A stretch of 55,113 nt of DNA from a virus (Duplodnaviria > Caudoviricetes): IMG/VR virus record IMGVR_UViG_3300009593_000022, positions 1 to 55,113 of that record; one strand, given 5' to 3'. The notes below the pieces were generated by a model. That model worked only from the letters and a program-made list of their open reading frames with translations. It ran no database searches and was not told the DNA's origin. Below, in pieces: positions 42,893-51,551 of the stretch; positions within the stretch are counted from its first letter, which is position 1; the number at the start of each line of letters is the position of its first letter. A program made the translations under genes and the position numbers.

Positions 42893-43643
42893 GCATCCTC
42901 CCAATCACCATAAACCTATTATAAGTTTGCATAGACCTAGTACCTGTGTAATAAGTCTTGCCCAGTTCTTGTTGACGCATCAGTTCCATCATATCTGAAA
43001 CACAATGAGTGTGTCCGTTTCCATCAAAATAATCATTTGACATAACGATAGTAAGAGGGTTTCCCTTAAAGAAGTTTCTTCTTTGGGATATGTGTGGCAT
43101 ATGTTCACCAGAGGTATTTATAATAACATGCCGTCTTCTGACATCAGACCTGCTGAACCAGTCTCCGAATTGATGCACAGGATATTTAGGTTCGAACTTA
43201 TTTTTATATTGAGCCATGACTGGATGGCAGAGTTCGTCTTTGTCGTAACAGTCTATCTGTTTTATGTTTGGAAAGGCGTAGTCGATATATTCTATCAACG
43301 GCCAACCAAACCAAGAACCAACTAACTCAATGTGACAGGGTCTTGTATAGTCAAACTTAGAACCGAGATTTGCTATCTCTTCAACCATCCATAGTTTAGA
43401 TTCGTGTTGTTGAGATGAAAGGGAGTCTGCGTGTGACTGGACATATGCTTCTGAGAGGTTGTTTTCAATCCATCTTCCAACTTCTGAATACTTTGTCGCT
43501 CTCTGAATCTTGTTGACTGTCGCTTGTTCTTCTCGCATTTTTGAGAGAAGAGCCTCGTTTCGCCGATAGTCAATTATCTCCAGTACAGTTCTCTTTTCTT
43601 CATCTTTACCTTTGTGAAGTAATCGTTGAAGTTCTGATTCCAT
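42873..43643 (-). CDS. Class I SAM-dependent methyltransferase-like protein
   Basis: SKLW, motif-I-like ELVGSWFG, acidic CYDKD, VIINTSGEHM, SNDY and terminal RFMVIG strand. Start uncertain. Confidence 0.7.
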   Translation of the reverse strand: MESELQRLLHKGKDEEKRTVLEIIDYRRNEALLSKMREEQATVNKIQRATKYSEVGRWIENNLSEAYVQSHADSLSSQQHESKLWMVEEIANLGSKFDYTRPCHIELVGSWFGWPLIEYIDYAFPNIKQIDCYDKDELCHPVMAQYKNKFEPKYPVHQFGDWFSRSDVRRRHVIINTSGEHMPHISQRRNFFKGNPLTIVMSNDYFDGNGHTHCVSDMMELMRQQELGKTYYTGTRSMQTYNRFMVIGRMHAEGTD

Positions 43644-44782
43644 ATTTTGTCTGTCTCTTCTATGTATAAAAGAAATGAGTTGTAATGTCTGTAGGGAACA
43701 TCTGCCTTGTTGACATAGTCCTCAATATAAGCGACCCACCATTCGGCGTCTGTTCCTGCAACTAACATTTTGGTTTTATTTATCTCTTCCTGAATCTCCT
43801 CACGAAAGTCATGCATGATGAGTGAAGGGTCAAGATAAAGGGGTGACTGGACTATTGATGCATCGTATCCATCAACATCCAATTCTAAAAAGGACTCCCA
43901 GATATTGTAGAAGTCCATCATCTGATAAATCGAAGTCGTGCAAGTAGGTTGTATTTCTATTCTCCCACCCATCTGTTTCATTTCGTCAATATTCCATTTC
44001 ATCTTCTCCCAGTCTCCTTGACGAAAGTATCCATAGATATTCTTTCCAGCATCAAGTGAAACTGTTATTGTAGACTTCTTAAACGGCAACAGTCTTTTAT
44101 GTAGTTCGAATACTGAGAAGTCTGTATTGAAATTTGTGTGAAATGATAAGTGTATGTTTTTAGAGTTGGGATGTTTCGCCAGTAGTTCTAGACAAGGATA
44201 GAATTGTTTCTGTATCGTTACCTCTCCTCCAGCAAAGTCAACCATTTCAAGATTCGGGAAGTTCTCGTTGAGGTCTTCCACTATCAACTTAACTTCGCTC
44301 ATCGGCATCTGCATCTTGTACTGGTCGAACGCTCCATTTCGATGCATCTGTTTTGTCAACTGTATCAGTTGATGACCACGAACTTCATAAGTTGGTTCGT
44401 ATCCTTCAAGTCTTTTGGTCCATCCAGATGAGTAAACATCAGAACAATGAAGACAAGACATATTACATGCGTTGGAAAATCTAAGTTCTACATGCCGTAG
44501 GTTCTCAAAGGGAGAAAACCCTTTTTCGTGTTCTCCAGCCAAGACATGGTCGAACCTCATAGAAGGATGACCAATACTTTCTGAATGTTCACAAAGGTCA
44601 CAACCAGTCGGCCATCTTCCCGCGTCAAGCTCGGTCCTAACCCATTTAAACCCTAGGCTATTGAATATTTTTGAAGGGATACCGACTTCAGCCAGTTGGT
44701 CTGACTGACGCGGACAAACGGAGACAGTTCCGTTCTTGTAGTTGATACCGCTATTGGCATAGAAGCATTTTATTTGTACCAT
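43574..44782 (-). CDS. Radical SAM protein with N-terminal SPASM-like domain (subfamily A)
   Basis: N-terminal CFY...VC...GCDLC; SNACNMSCLHC...SSGW, FAGGE, HTN and VSLD motifs. Confidence 0.92.
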   Translation of the reverse strand: MVQIKCFYANSGINYKNGTVSVCPRQSDQLAEVGIPSKIFNSLGFKWVRTELDAGRWPTGCDLCEHSESIGHPSMRFDHVLAGEHEKGFSPFENLRHVELRFSNACNMSCLHCSDVYSSGWTKRLEGYEPTYEVRGHQLIQLTKQMHRNGAFDQYKMQMPMSEVKLIVEDLNENFPNLEMVDFAGGEVTIQKQFYPCLELLAKHPNSKNIHLSFHTNFNTDFSVFELHKRLLPFKKSTITVSLDAGKNIYGYFRQGDWEKMKWNIDEMKQMGGRIEIQPTCTTSIYQMMDFYNIWESFLELDVDGYDASIVQSPLYLDPSLIMHDFREEIQEEINKTKMLVAGTDAEWWVAYIEDYVNKADVPYRHYNSFLLYIEETDKIWNQNFNDYFTKVKMKKRELYWR

Positions 44783-46191
44783 TCAAGCCACTCAAGGTCT
44801 GGAAAAGTTTGAATGAAGTTCAAGTTTCTATTTTCAGAAACACCGAAACACCATTCTGCCGTTTCTGGCAGTCTTTCACTCCAGTCTTCACTATTCATAA
44901 ACGAGACAAGACCTTTTAGTCTTTTAACTCCATACGGAAGTTCTAACCATTCTTCTTTGGTACAGTTCCCCTCTGCCATTCTATCCCAGTTTTCTTCTAA
45001 CCACGGATAGAAGTTTTCGAACTTTTCCTCCACTTCCATCTTGAACCACTTAGGTAAAGCTTTGATGTTTAACTGAGGTGGCCAGTAGGCTAAGTGAAGG
45101 TCTATCATCCCTGCTCCAGCAGGGAACTTGTTCAGTAACTTCCAGTCTTGATTTATTTTCCAACCGATAAAGTCTGGAAGGTAATAGAGATTTAATAGAG
45201 TAATGCAGCAAGCAGTAGTAAGCCGAAGGTTACCATGAGGGTAATTATCCAACTCCCTAAGTTGGCGTTGGACCTTTCTCCACGGAGATGGCCAGCGGAT
45301 AAAATGATTAATGTCTCCATAGGAGTCGATGGAGAAATGAAATATAACCTGCTTGAACTTTGACCAGAGCTCGAATAGGTGAGGTTCCCAGTCAAGTCCA
45401 TTGCTATTGTATCTAAGTTCGATTTGTGACGCATATCCCGACTCGATGATTTCAGCCAAGACATCATAATGTTCCTTCATTATTAGAGATTCACCACCAG
45501 CCCAGTAAAGTTGTTTTAGGTATGGATACTGAGTTCGTAGTTCGTCAAAGAATAAGGGGTTCTTTTTATGCCATGCGTAGGAGCCCCCAGACCACGCTAG
45601 TTTACCTGAGTCCTTCTCCCATTCCATAGAGGACTGCAGTCTGGAATTATTTAGTCTGGGATAAATGTCTCTGTATTCTTTAACCCAAGACGAAGAGTCG
45701 TGAGGAGAACACATCACACAGGCAAGTTGGCATTTAGAACCTAAACGAAGGTCAACATACCTCACCCGTGGTGGTACTTCCCCAGTCTGATAGTCGTAGT
45801 TTATCAGTATTTCGTCAAGACCTATTTCATCAACCCACTTCGCAGTTTCCCATTGTCGTTTGGAACGATGACCTGCGTCCTCTTCTTTGTAGCACTTGAT
45901 ACAAGAATCTGGTTTCTCACCCGCCATCATTTGTTTTCGGACATTCTTCATGTACGAGGCGTTCCAAGCTTCAAGCATAGGAGTATGAGCAAGGTTAGCT
46001 GGTTTCCCATCTTCCTTTCTCATGACTCCCGCTTCCGAGACTGTCTTCTTAGTTGAGTCTTTGTCCTGAACTCCAGATGCATTTGCCGTACAACAAGTTC
46101 TCATGTGTCCGTTTGGACGCGTAGAAACGTGCATCCATGGCAATGCACAGAAGGTAGGACTTGGAGTTACTGGGTCTTTATCAATATTCAC
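44770..46191 (-). CDS. Radical SAM protein with N-terminal SPASM-like domain (subfamily A)
   Basis: FCALPWMH...GHMRTCC...CIKC; CQLACVMC..HDSSSW, WAGGE, YNSNG and FSID motifs. GTG 46191 overlapping the upstream stop preferred over ORF start 46263. Confidence 0.92.
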   Translation of the reverse strand: MNIDKDPVTPSPTFCALPWMHVSTRPNGHMRTCCTANASGVQDKDSTKKTVSEAGVMRKEDGKPANLAHTPMLEAWNASYMKNVRKQMMAGEKPDSCIKCYKEEDAGHRSKRQWETAKWVDEIGLDEILINYDYQTGEVPPRVRYVDLRLGSKCQLACVMCSPHDSSSWVKEYRDIYPRLNNSRLQSSMEWEKDSGKLAWSGGSYAWHKKNPLFFDELRTQYPYLKQLYWAGGESLIMKEHYDVLAEIIESGYASQIELRYNSNGLDWEPHLFELWSKFKQVIFHFSIDSYGDINHFIRWPSPWRKVQRQLRELDNYPHGNLRLTTACCITLLNLYYLPDFIGWKINQDWKLLNKFPAGAGMIDLHLAYWPPQLNIKALPKWFKMEVEEKFENFYPWLEENWDRMAEGNCTKEEWLELPYGVKRLKGLVSFMNSEDWSERLPETAEWCFGVSENRNLNFIQTFPDLEWLEWYK

Positions 46192-46987
46192 CGAAAGCCC
46201 ACTCTCTTTCCCAACACCACCAACATTTTTCACAACCTTTGGTGTAGTTATCAGTATCATCAATATGTCCTTCGCAAGAACGAGTCATGCGAAACAAGTC
46301 CATGCATCCAAGGTCTTTGTACATCTTAGCGATAAAGCTTTTATCGCCACCAAAATAAGGATTGATGTATGTCCTCATCGGGGTACACATTTTAGTTGGT
46401 CTCTCAGCATTTTCATCCCTAGTTGGCTCAGTATGTTGTGCGAGCCATTCAGGTTTCTTCTCCATCTCAGATAGAGGCGGAGCGGCAGTGATACCAGAGA
46501 ACAAAACTTGTATCTTATTCTTAGAAAAGTTCTCATGGTCTTTGTCTAAGAATTCTTGGATGTTGGTTTGATGCTCGTCTTCTATCGCTGGCCAGTATGT
46601 TTCATGAGGTTCAAACTGGTAGTTCAGTCTGTTCTCAATTTCCTCAATGACATTTGCCGCATACATCCAGTTCCAGTTACGAGGACTTCTCCGTACTGAC
46701 ATCGGTTGTATCTTGTAAGGATGACCTTTGTCAATAACAGTACGAGCTAGGTTGTACAGAAGAATAGTCGAGTCAGCACCTCCAGATGCCCAGACTCCGA
46801 TAGTTTCTACATCGATTTCTTCACAGGCTTCATCCCAGTTGTTGTAGGGGGGAAGTTTTATCTGTCTCAGTATTTCGTCTGGGGGATGTTGGTACAAAGA
46901 CTTGGCGTATTCTTCTTTGTATCTAATAACTCTTTTTGGGATACGAAGGTAGTAGTTATCGTACCATTCTTGTTCGTATGTATTCAT
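46181..46987 (-). CDS. PP-loop ATP pyrophosphatase, QueC (7-cyano-7-deazaguanine synthase)-like
   Basis: SGGADS PP-loop, NPYFGGDKSFIA and C-terminal TRSC...CEKCWWCWER Zn-binding motif. ATG 46987 preferred over 47026. Confidence 0.8.
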   Translation of the reverse strand: MNTYEQEWYDNYYLRIPKRVIRYKEEYAKSLYQHPPDEILRQIKLPPYNNWDEACEEIDVETIGVWASGGADSTILLYNLARTVIDKGHPYKIQPMSVRRSPRNWNWMYAANVIEEIENRLNYQFEPHETYWPAIEDEHQTNIQEFLDKDHENFSKNKIQVLFSGITAAPPLSEMEKKPEWLAQHTEPTRDENAERPTKMCTPMRTYINPYFGGDKSFIAKMYKDLGCMDLFRMTRSCEGHIDDTDNYTKGCEKCWWCWEREWAFGEY

Positions 46988-46997
46988 TCGGATATAG

Positions 46998-47990
46998 TCA
47001 TAACAAAGGTGTGTCTTCAAACTCATCGTGGTTCCCTTGGGCGCAAGTCTTCACGCATCTGTCAAAAGGGTTATCATTCCAAGACTCTATTATACCATGA
47101 TAATAGTCAGAGTCAAGTATATTTTTTATTTCTCTTTTGTGTATGTTAATAGAATCTTTTCCCTCAGTTTCCCAGAAAAGTCTGTAGGAATTGTCGTTAC
47201 CCTCTCGCCCGTAAATAAGTTTGAGTGTGTCAGAATTGAGGTGACAGCAGGGGATGAGATATCCTCTATGGTTAAGGAAAAGTCGTTTGGACTGAAGGTA
47301 TCGGCAGGATACGGCATTTGGTGATAGGGAGTTGTTGGATTCAAAGGGTAGTCCTGACATATCACTATGTTTGGGTTCGTCTGAACCTCCCTTGCGCACC
47401 TCCCCACTTCTATCACGATGCGACCAGATGAGGCGAAATCCCGCAAACCCCGAACTAATACTCTCCCTTTTAGCGGCCTCAATTTGATGCTCGTTGAAGT
47501 CGAATGCGATGTACTGCCATACGGCCTTACCTCCCGCATAGATGAAGGCTCGGGAGTTGTTTCTAACAAGTTCCCAGTCGCTTCCGATTCGATATTGTTC
47601 ACTGGTTGAGCCCACACCATCAATGCCAAAGTGTATATGATGAGGCTTAGTAGAGAGAAGTGAACCAAGTTTCCTCCAAAATGGTGGCATCCTTACGGAA
47701 CCACTTGTTGCTATGTTTAGATGGCACCCCAAGTCAGTCGCCCATTCAGCGATTTCAAATATTTGCGGATGTGCGATAGGTTCGTCTATCGATCCACAAA
47801 AATTAATAATTTTTAGATTAGGGAGTGCTTCTCGTGTTATACGCTTTTTGAGAAGGTCAAGGTCTAGCTTTTCTTTGTTCAGGTGAGGTTTTATCCATTC
47901 ACCTTGCTGTCTCAGACAGCCTGGACATTTAAGTCCGCAATATGATGTGACTTCAATATCAAGCCACTCTACCATAGAGGAGTTCCACAT
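46998..47990 (-). CDS. Radical SAM protein with C-terminal twitch domain (subfamily B)
   Basis: CGLKCPGC, CGSIDEP and FGIDG motifs; C-terminal CRY...GYLIPCC...CVKTC. Start could be 47999, 47990 or 47975. Confidence 0.92.
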   Translation of the reverse strand: MWNSSMVEWLDIEVTSYCGLKCPGCLRQQGEWIKPHLNKEKLDLDLLKKRITREALPNLKIINFCGSIDEPIAHPQIFEIAEWATDLGCHLNIATSGSVRMPPFWRKLGSLLSTKPHHIHFGIDGVGSTSEQYRIGSDWELVRNNSRAFIYAGGKAVWQYIAFDFNEHQIEAAKRESISSGFAGFRLIWSHRDRSGEVRKGGSDEPKHSDMSGLPFESNNSLSPNAVSCRYLQSKRLFLNHRGYLIPCCHLNSDTLKLIYGREGNDNSYRLFWETEGKDSINIHKREIKNILDSDYYHGIIESWNDNPFDRCVKTCAQGNHDEFEDTPLL

Positions 47991-48969
47991 AATCATCAAG
48001 TAAGGGGGGATACCCAGTTAAGTTACTCATTAGTCGCTCAAAGAGGTCGCCTCTGAACTTGTCTTCCATGCAGTATTTAGAAAGGGCATCTTCCATCAAT
48101 GGATTCTGCGATATTATATATTGTTTGACATCCACAGGTAAGTATTGAAGGTTTAACCATTTGGGACCAAGTAGATAGTCAGTTGACCAATGCTCAGAAT
48201 TAAAATCAAACTGTTCTATCGTCTGTTCAAAGAAGGGAGCGTTAATGGTATGAAAGACGAAGTGCGGTTTAGCATCGAACTCGTAACGGAAACGATTCAT
48301 GTTTCTTTCGATACGACTCCACTTGGTTCCTTCTCTTATGTATTCAGCAAGTTCTCCATATCCATCAATACTGACAGAGATAACCAGATTCTTAAACTCA
48401 TTGAGAAGTTTACGAACATAGTCGTTAGGCCAGATAGAACCATTTGTCACCAACCAGAGTTCGATATTGTGTCTGGGTACTGACTCCATTATCGCTATGT
48501 TTCTCTTGTCGAGGAATGGTTCACCTCCAAGAAGTTTCAGTCTGTCAAGATTTTCATAGAGGGCTGGGTTGGGTAGTTCGTTGTCTATCGTGTCACCAAA
48601 CTGGTTTGAGAACCTATCGTTGCAGGTAACACATTTCATGTTGCATCTGTTACTCGTTGAAATTTCTAAGTAACGGAGACCAAGAGGGGCGTCTGGATAC
48701 CAACCAGAAAACTGTTGCCGATAGGATACGACATTCTTTTTGTATAGACTATTTTTAGCAGAATGTTTTTCGTCTAGTTTGCATTTCTCACAACCTTCAA
48801 CTTCATATCCTTTCTCCATGTCTGAACGAATGAGATTCATTTCATCAGAAAGAAAAGCTTCTTCTATGTTTTTATATTTTCCTTCCAGAGGATACTTGAA
48901 CATACAACAAGGACGAAACTCTCCATTGGGATTTTGAACCATATGGGTCCAAGGTGCACTACACTTCAT
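47959..48969 (-). CDS. Radical SAM protein with N-terminal SPASM-like domain (subfamily A)
   Basis: CSAPWTH...GEFRPCC...CEKC; SNRCNMKCVTC, GGEP, VTNG and SIDG motifs. Confidence 0.92.
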   Translation of the reverse strand: MKCSAPWTHMVQNPNGEFRPCCMFKYPLEGKYKNIEEAFLSDEMNLIRSDMEKGYEVEGCEKCKLDEKHSAKNSLYKKNVVSYRQQFSGWYPDAPLGLRYLEISTSNRCNMKCVTCNDRFSNQFGDTIDNELPNPALYENLDRLKLLGGEPFLDKRNIAIMESVPRHNIELWLVTNGSIWPNDYVRKLLNEFKNLVISVSIDGYGELAEYIREGTKWSRIERNMNRFRYEFDAKPHFVFHTINAPFFEQTIEQFDFNSEHWSTDYLLGPKWLNLQYLPVDVKQYIISQNPLMEDALSKYCMEDKFRGDLFERLMSNLTGYPPLLDDYVELLYGRVA

Positions 48970-49426
48970 ATTCTGTATAAATGTTTTCTAAGGAGTTTCT
49001 AGGTATCCAACCCATTGAGTCTATGTCTATCAGATATGGTTTTCCATTCCAGATACGAATGTTGTCCATCTTGAGGTCAGTATGCATGAATACCTTTTCT
49101 TTTCCTTCACTAAACTCAATACAGTCTGGGATGACTTTCAACGAAATCAGTTTTATGGTCTTGTTGATAAGGCGAGAGTTCTTTTCGTCAATGAGTACAG
49201 GCGGGAACTGTTCTCCTCCAATATGGTCGTATTCTAAGGTCAGATAGTTATCTGTCCATTCTCCATTATGATTCCATGTATAATCATGCAATGTAGGAAG
49301 ATATTCTTGCCCGTATATTTTACGAAAGCTCATATACGAAATGGGGTCGAAACGAAAGTCGTCATCGTATTTTACAGTCTTGACCCATCGGTCTCCGACT
49401 CTAGTCATGTTCACAGTTTCTATCAT
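48959..49426 (-). CDS. Minimal protein-kinase-like (APH/Kdo/RIO-type) phosphotransferase
   Basis: Catalytic loop HTDLKMDNI, Mg-binding LIDIDS, VKTVK lysine and LEYDHIGG hinge in only 155 aa. Confidence 0.78.
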   Translation of the reverse strand: MIETVNMTRVGDRWVKTVKYDDDFRFDPISYMSFRKIYGQEYLPTLHDYTWNHNGEWTDNYLTLEYDHIGGEQFPPVLIDEKNSRLINKTIKLISLKVIPDCIEFSEGKEKVFMHTDLKMDNIRIWNGKPYLIDIDSMGWIPRNSLENIYTEYEV

Positions 49427-50385
49427 TCTATAATCTTTCTTACCTCCCTTTTTCCGTTGTCACCACAGGTTAGGTAACATCTGGGTAGGTGTAATGGATG
49501 GTTCTTATTCCAAGATTTTTCTAAAGTCTCAGTATACCACGGGTCAGAGAGTATGTCAAGTAGACCTCTGTTTTTCAAGGAAAAGTCTACATTCAGTTTT
49601 TCAATATAATGTTTAGTGTAGGAGCCGACTGACTCATCGTGGATATGACAACAAGGAAAAACTTTCCCAGTTGCAGTTATGAAGATTTCGTCTTTCTCTT
49701 TGTGTCTACATCGGATATCGGGCTTGTCGTAGTTACCTCTATACGCCCTGCTCTGTACATCTTCATACTTTTCTGTGTCGATGGACTTTGCTGTTTCTGA
49801 CCCGAACTTAACATGATCAGCATTGTTCCTCCAGCTTTCTCGTGTTGCGAAAGATAGTCCCGCTTTTCTGGCGAGAGTTCTTGCTTCATCGACTTCATGT
49901 CTATTGTAATCGAACTTGATGAATTGCCATATTCCTTTACCTCCGTTGTCGGTGTAGGACTTGACATTTCCCAAGACCTTATCCAATGATACGCCTTCTC
50001 TATAGTCATTCCTAGTCGCTCCATCAATGCTCCAATGGACATTCATTCTCCCTTCTGACATTTTTGACATCAAACCCATTTCTGCCCACCACTTGGTTGT
50101 CCTCAAACCTCCGTTTGTGGATATCTCCAAGTCTCTTATCTTTTTTTCGAATAGGAAGAACCAAAGTATTTCGTAGAGTTCTGGGTTAGCGATAGGGTCG
50201 CCTAAAACTCCACAAGCTTTTATTTTGGTGTCTGTGAGGTCAACATCGGAGAACCATTCTTCACAGTTCTCCAAAGTGATATTCGTCTTTTCGTAAAAGA
50301 CCTTTTCATTATCTAACATTGTTCTCTTACAACCACTGCAACGGGCGTTGCAATGGGAAGACAACTCAACTTCTATTATTCTCAA
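49423..50385 (-). CDS. Radical SAM protein with C-terminal twitch domain (subfamily B)
   Basis: CNARCSGC, CGVLGDP, STNGG and WSIDG motifs; C-terminal CRH...IFITATGKVFPCC...CYLTC. Confidence 0.92.
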   Translation of the reverse strand: MRIIEVELSSHCNARCSGCKRTMLDNEKVFYEKTNITLENCEEWFSDVDLTDTKIKACGVLGDPIANPELYEILWFFLFEKKIRDLEISTNGGLRTTKWWAEMGLMSKMSEGRMNVHWSIDGATRNDYREGVSLDKVLGNVKSYTDNGGKGIWQFIKFDYNRHEVDEARTLARKAGLSFATRESWRNNADHVKFGSETAKSIDTEKYEDVQSRAYRGNYDKPDIRCRHKEKDEIFITATGKVFPCCHIHDESVGSYTKHYIEKLNVDFSLKNRGLLDILSDPWYTETLEKSWNKNHPLHLPRCYLTCGDNGKREVRKIIE

Positions 50386-51551
50386 ATATTATGTTTAACA
50401 AAAGGTATGTGTGGTTTGTTTTGACTGCCTGGTTCCTTGAACTCTTTTTGACTGTCTTGGTAGTTACTTATTCCAAGATTGTATTCTTCTTGTCCTTCCC
50501 AAGCTTCAACTACAGTAGTATGGTCATCCTCACCCGCGTCAACAAAACGAGATGCTATTTCAGCTCTTTCTCCTGTCTCTTCTGTGTAAGTGCAAATAAC
50601 GCCTGGATATGCAGTTCCGCGAGTTATGTCCATAACCTTGTCCCATTCTTTTCCGAACTCATTCCAAGAAAACCCAAGTTTGAAGATATCATGAACACTC
50701 TTATGACTTTCAAAGTTCATAACTCTGTAACCATTTCCAGAGTCATAGTCTTGACGGAAATAAATATGTTTCTCAGGGTCGCCAGATGGGTGTAGTAGAT
50801 TAGGTCCGTATTCTCCATAGACCTTTTTCCAGTCCTGTTCAAATCTCTGGTCGTAATGAATGGAAATAATACGAGGTTGCATCATCCACCAGTTGTAGTC
50901 GTCTTTTCTACACCAGTTATCTCTGTTAAGATAATCGACATGGCACCAAGTGAAAAACTTTCTAACGGGCGACGAGTGCTTATTTGAACCTGAGTCGTTC
51001 ATATCAATTGTCATCATACAAGGTTCTTTATCCCATTCCCAGAAGTTTCCAGCAGTAAAGATTTCTAAATGTCTTTTTTCTCTTTCTTCGCCTTCATCTA
51101 AAGAGTAATACCAATCAAGGTAAGGTCTAGCGTCAATATTGTAACCTGATGTATATGCAAAGTTCTGTTGTTTTACAACGTGGTTCAGTTCTGCATGAAG
51201 AGTTAGTTCAGGTGCTTTAACATTCTCAAAATGTCTAGCTTTTTGGGCGGGGTGGATAAACTCTTTTACATCATCAGCATCGCAATGTTGTGAATTGTAG
51301 TAGTCAAGAGCCCTCTTAGCTTCAGGTGTGCACGCTTCATAATGGAGTTCTTTTTCCCAGAGGAGAGCCAAAGCTCCTACAGCCTTGTCATCTTTCATTA
51401 CAATCATTTGAGTATTTGATACCCAACTAGCTTGTAGACAGTCCATATGATTTTGAGCAGGAATATCCCATTCCCAGTTCGCCATACTTGTTATTCTACA
51501 TCTTTTAGTTTGGAAATGACAGGCTTGAACTTCTGCCCAATCTTTAAACAT
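50382..51551 (-). CDS. Hypothetical protein (389 aa), weak GNAT-like N-terminus
   Basis: Long ORF overlapping both neighbours, AGGAG RBS. FQTKRCRIT...MIVMKDDKAVGALAL faintly resembles RimJ/RimL-type GNAT N-termini. Function not supported beyond that. Confidence 0.7.
   Translation of the reverse strand: MFKDWAEVQACHFQTKRCRITSMANWEWDIPAQNHMDCLQASWVSNTQMIVMKDDKAVGALALLWEKELHYEACTPEAKRALDYYNSQHCDADDVKEFIHPAQKARHFENVKAPELTLHAELNHVVKQQNFAYTSGYNIDARPYLDWYYSLDEGEEREKRHLEIFTAGNFWEWDKEPCMMTIDMNDSGSNKHSSPVRKFFTWCHVDYLNRDNWCRKDDYNWWMMQPRIISIHYDQRFEQDWKKVYGEYGPNLLHPSGDPEKHIYFRQDYDSGNGYRVMNFESHKSVHDIFKLGFSWNEFGKEWDKVMDITRGTAYPGVICTYTEETGERAEIASRFVDAGEDDHTTVVEAWEGQEEYNLGISNYQDSQKEFKEPGSQNKPHIPFVKHNI

Noticed and set aside
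39850-47026. Canonical 7-deazaguanine (preQ0/dG+) DNA modification cluster
   Set aside because: Only a QueC-like gene is present. No FolE, QueD, DpdA or clear QueE in the window, though they could lie elsewhere in the genome.
47126-47668. 180-aa same-strand alternative-frame ORF with hydrophobic N-terminus
   Set aside because: Fully nested in a radical SAM gene with intact motifs; no independent evidence of coding.
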